64,000 bases of DNA, taken from Lama guanicoe. Lineage: Eukaryota. The translations under genes and the position numbers were made by a program. Positions 60,001 to 64,000 of the stretch are shown here, piece by piece (position 1 is the stretch's first letter; each line of letters begins with the position of its first letter). The notes beneath the pieces are model-generated. The model saw nothing but the letters and a program-made list of their open reading frames with translations, was not told where the DNA came from and did not search any database. Where the stretch lies: the NCBI GenBank assembly GCA_013239625.1, contig MU054323.1, positions 372,001 to 436,000 of the forward strand, read 5' to 3'.

Positions 60001-61619
60001 TTTTAGAGAAGAGTCTGCTACCAGGTGAGAAGAAACCTGCTCAAGGCAGAAAACAGAGCCAGTTTCAGAGTTCTGTCTACTTCCCTCGACTCAATGGAAA
60101 TGACTCTCTGCCAGGACATCTCCAGACAGAGCCAGGGGTCCCTTCTGGATATGCGGGCTCTTTAAGCTGGGCCCCGAAGGAGCATCCTCGTCTGTTGGTT
60201 CCCATCTCTGCTGAGGCTGTTGGCAAGTATTTCCTGGTGCACACTTGCCCAGGCAGAAGGGACGTGCACAAGGGATGTTTTCACAGTCCAGCTCCTGGCG
60301 AGAGCGGCCAGTGGCTGGAGTGGCCCTGCGCCTCTGCAGTGTGTGTGTGGAGGGACTTCCCCCTCCCCACAGCATCCAGGCACAGGGCTTCGGGAGAGGA
60401 TGGGTGTGCTGGAGGTCGGGCTGAGAACAGTGGCTGATGGATGGCGACCCGTGCAGTCCCGAATGGCCTGTGCGGTACCTTGATCTGGAACATGCAGGGG
60501 TTATTGGCTGCAGTCACAGATTAGCCAAATTCCCAGCTGGCGTCTCTGAGCGGGGATTTGTGGCGAAAAGGCCTGCGACTTCCTTCCTCCTTCACTAAAA
60601 CGGGCCTGGAGAATGAGGCTCTCGCACTGTAATTATATGGAGGCAGGAAACAAGTAACTAAGACGTGTCTCTAAGTGAGGAAGGAAGGAAAACATCCAGG
60701 GCCCTGGGGAATCCTTCATCTTCTGTTCTGGAGGCTCAGGGATAACAGTCACTGCTCTCTGCTCGGGAATCTTCACCCAGCCCTGCGCCACAGGTCTTAT
60801 CAGCCTGAGTCTGCGCAGGAAGGGATGGTGAGTTATCCACGGCTGCAAGGCCAGTAAGTTGTGTCCTGAATCTGGGACTGAATCACACCTCTGCCTGACT
60901 GCAGCCTCCGCTGTCTCTCTACTTCTCTTTCTGGCTCAAGGTGCCCACATTAAGTTGCACAAGGATGCTCATTCAGGGAGGCTGCTGACCAGCGGACTCT
61001 TTCCCTGACAGTTCGTGCTCCCAGGGGCAACCCCTGCATCTGCCCAGAGGGAGGGGCACCTTCTCCTTCGCCCAAAGGCACAGAAGCCCAGCTCCTGCAG
61101 GCTGCACCCACCTTGCCAGGAGCTTTTTCTACTCGATAGACTAGCGGTGGCCTGATGCTAGCTGTGGTCCTTGTAACGTCTCTCGGACTTGGTGTTTCCC
61201 TTGAGAAGTGGGAGTCCCACTCTAACCACCACTGCCAAGTCTCTGAGAGCAGGATTAGCACCACAGGGCGGTGCGCAGAGTAAGGGCTAGGGTTGCTGGA
61301 CCACTAGATATTTGTACCCTGGCGGATGGCAAGGTGACACATCCCTTAGACTGTTCCCTCCCTGGGGTCTCGTGCTTCGTCCTGGTCATTCTGGTACCCG
61401 GGCTGGTGTCAGTGCATACAGGCTGCCCCTTCCTGGACTGTGTGGGTGAGGGGGTAGGGGGCTCAGGCTCTCCCCACTCGGCTTTTTAGGACCACCAGAT
61501 GGAAAAGAGCTATGTGCGCAGCGTCTCTGGTTTAAGCGTGGGCCAGGAGGCAGCAATGAAACAGCTGATGCCACGTTCCCCTCTGAGTGTGACACTGTCA
61601 GGAGACGCCCGCCCCAGCC

Positions 61620-61870
61620 CTGCCCCGGCCTCCCCTCTCTCAGCCGCACAGCCCCCTGGATGCATCCTGCCTTCGGTACCTGCTTTTCCCTTCAGTAAAT
61701 GTATCCCCTTCTCCACCCAGCAGACTCCTATCTGCTCCTCAGGACTCGCCCTCCCTCCGGCAGGCATCCCTGGGCGGGTTAGCAGTGCTCCTTGGAACTG
61801 AGCTCACGGCACCCTGCACAGGCCCGTGCACAGAGGGGCCCTACGTGTGTGTCTTGAGCAAATGGGTAAG
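61620..61870 (+). mobile_element. L2 3' fragment
   Basis: ctcctatctgctcctcaggactc...gcacaggcccgtgcacagaggggccctacgtgtgtgtcttgagcaaatg. Confidence 0.6.
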
Positions 61871-63307
61871 CACCTGTCTGAGCGGGCCTGATCTGGCTTT
61901 GCCATCACCGAGCTTTGTGACGTGGCTGTGTCCCCTTTCCCGCAGGGCTGCAGCTTGCCTGGGCCTGAGCATCCCCCGGCCCTGCCCTTCCCCACAGGCA
62001 CAGGCCCATTAAGCTGCCATCTTCTCTCACCTCATTATCACCTTGGCCTGGGGGGCTGCAGGGATGTCATGAGCCCCTGGAGTCCAGAGCTGTCCCCTCT
62101 GCCCTTCCACTAGAAGTGTTGCCCCTGGTGGGTCAGATAGAGGAAAACCCAGCACCCAGAGGGTGTGTCTTCCCTGTGGGCTTAAAAAAGGCCATCTTTC
62201 CTCCAGCTCATTTAACTGACCCCAGGGAGCAGAGGGAGGCGAGTCCGTGGGCCCGGGCACCTTGGGGTGGCCGGCTTCCCAGAGCCCTTTATCTCTGCTG
62301 GGAGATAAGGCCCCAGCGGCTTGGCTCTCGTGCTGAGCAATGGATGGGGGAGCAGGAGCCATAAAGCGGGGCAGGGCTGACAGTTTAGGACGGGATCCTG
62401 GAGAGCCTAAGCTTTGAACTCTGCCCTCGTCGGAAGGGAGGGGGCCTTTATGGCCGGTGCTCTGGGGCTGGTGAGAGAGCAGGGCTGTTAGGGCAAGAAT
62501 GAGGCCCCGGGCAGCCAGCTTCACACCCAATGGCAGGGTGAGCCCCCAGAGCCCAGCGCGGTGGGGCCAGCAGCGGAAGCGCGCTCCATCCCGCTTTATT
62601 GACTTGTAAACGACACCATTAAGAGGAAGTCCTCACCTTGGCTGGAAACAGCTGTGGGAGCGGCAGTAAATCTGGCAGCTGGCCAACCAACACCAGGCAT
62701 TTCCCCATGCAGGCGGGGCCAGGGGCCCCATCACCCCACCTCCGGGCTGCCCTGTGGGTCTCGGGTTGTGACCATTCTTGAGTTGGGGACTGAAGAGTGG
62801 CAATAGTGACGAACGAAATACTCCCTCCCAACCCTCAAAAAAGGAGAAAAATATCCCCAGAAATCTCTGAGTCATCATTTGCAAAGTCAGCCCAGAGAAA
62901 TGGACATTGGGGGGAAGCCCAGGTCAGCGGCAAAAAGCAGGCCGGGGGCTTAGCTTCTCACGGTGCCCTGGGGGATGAGTCCCTGAGCCGCCCAGGTCTC
63001 AGATTTGTTTTTACATAAAAATCGACATAGTGATACCTTTCTAAGGGAGGCTATGATGATTAAAGGAGACAAAAGAGAACCATCTCACCTTGGAGGTGCT
63101 CAAGGCATGGGTGACATTGAAACAACACGGGAAGGTGGGCTCTAGGCTGTCTCTTTTGGTGTGTGTTCCTGTGGAGTTAGCTAACACTGCAGAACGAGAT
63201 AAGGGGAGGGACAGCCCTGCCTTACTCAGTTTTGCTTAGTTGCTAATAAGGAACCTGGTATGGAACATGGAGAACATTTTCAATAAATGTTTGACGAATA
63301 ATAAAAT

Positions 63308-63371
63308 AGGGAGGGAAGGAAGGAAGAAAAGAGGGAAGGAAGGAAGGGAGGGAGGGAGGGAGGGAGGGAAA
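63308..63371. repeat. Polypurine (GGAA)n(GGGA)n simple repeat
   Basis: agggagggaaggaaggaagaaaagagggaaggaaggaagggagggagggagggagggagggaaa. Confidence 0.95.
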
Positions 63372-64000
63372 TAAAGTCATTTTTCCTTGGACCCAGTCTA
63401 ATAGTTGGGACCCAGAAGAAAGAAGGAAGTGACATTTGCTGGTTCCCACTGTGAACCAATACATCATAAAACTCAGTTCTCACAACCACCAGCAGTACCC
63501 CAAGGAAAACTGCTCAAGTGTTGTCACTGACTTATTACCCAATAGGTAGATTTGCGTTACGGGCACATTATTTACTCTGCGGACAAATAACTTCTCTGTC
63601 CCCCATTTTCTCCTCTCAAAGGGTGAGAATTAAATGAGATCATATGCATAAAGCTGTTAACACAGTTATTGACAAACAGTAAGTGCTCGATAAAAATTCG
63701 ATATTATTATGCTTTAGGATGGAGACTCTGGCTCAGAGCAATTAAGTGACTTGGTCAATTCCCAAAGCTAAGAAATGCCATAGCCTGGGGTCCCACTTGT
63801 CTTCTAAAGCTCCTGCTCTGAATTCCTCCAGGTTCTGGAGCAGCTGAAATACTGTAAGTGGTGGTGCAAGGAATCCCCGTAGCTGGGGGTGGGTCTCAGA
63901 AGTGATTATCAGATGTAACTACGGAAAAGAATTCTTCAGAGAGAGAATTTACGAGCTGAGTTTCTGCAAATCGGGGGGCCACTGGGATCCTTATCTTTGC

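Noticed and set aside
1..64000. Prokaryote-style systems (CRISPR arrays, operons, defence islands) and a named host gene
   Set aside because: The sequence is mammalian non-coding DNA; nothing supports such systems, and I cannot identify the neighbouring gene from sequence alone

Overview
This is mammalian, non-coding DNA, almost certainly camelid (alpaca/llama/camel). Four copies of the tRNA-Ala-derived Vic-1-type SINE and a Tigger1a_Art-like element are present, and I saw no Alu, Bov-A/Bov-tA, PRE-1 or Can-SINE copies. I find no convincing host protein-coding exon. The only recognisable peptides in the ORF track are decayed L1 ORF2 and hAT transposase remnants. Much of the window is interspersed repeat (MIR, L2, L1, HAL1, MaLR/ERV LTRs, hAT and Tigger DNA transposons), and repeat-free islands dense in transcription-factor motifs lie between the repeats, as expected for an enhancer-rich large intron or gene desert. 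Best leads: (1) a 23-bp array of three nuclear-receptor half-sites that recurs with one mismatch 10.3 kb away; (2) a minus-strand bias of L1 elements plus a few well-formed + strand exon candidates, hinting at an unannotated or host + strand transcript; (3) a three-layer nested insertion, HAL1>MLT1I>ERV1 LTR. Repeat family names come from my recollection of consensus sequences, not from a database run. Boundaries of old repeats are approximate, and not every MIR/L2 fragment is listed. No novel multi-gene system is supported by the sequence.
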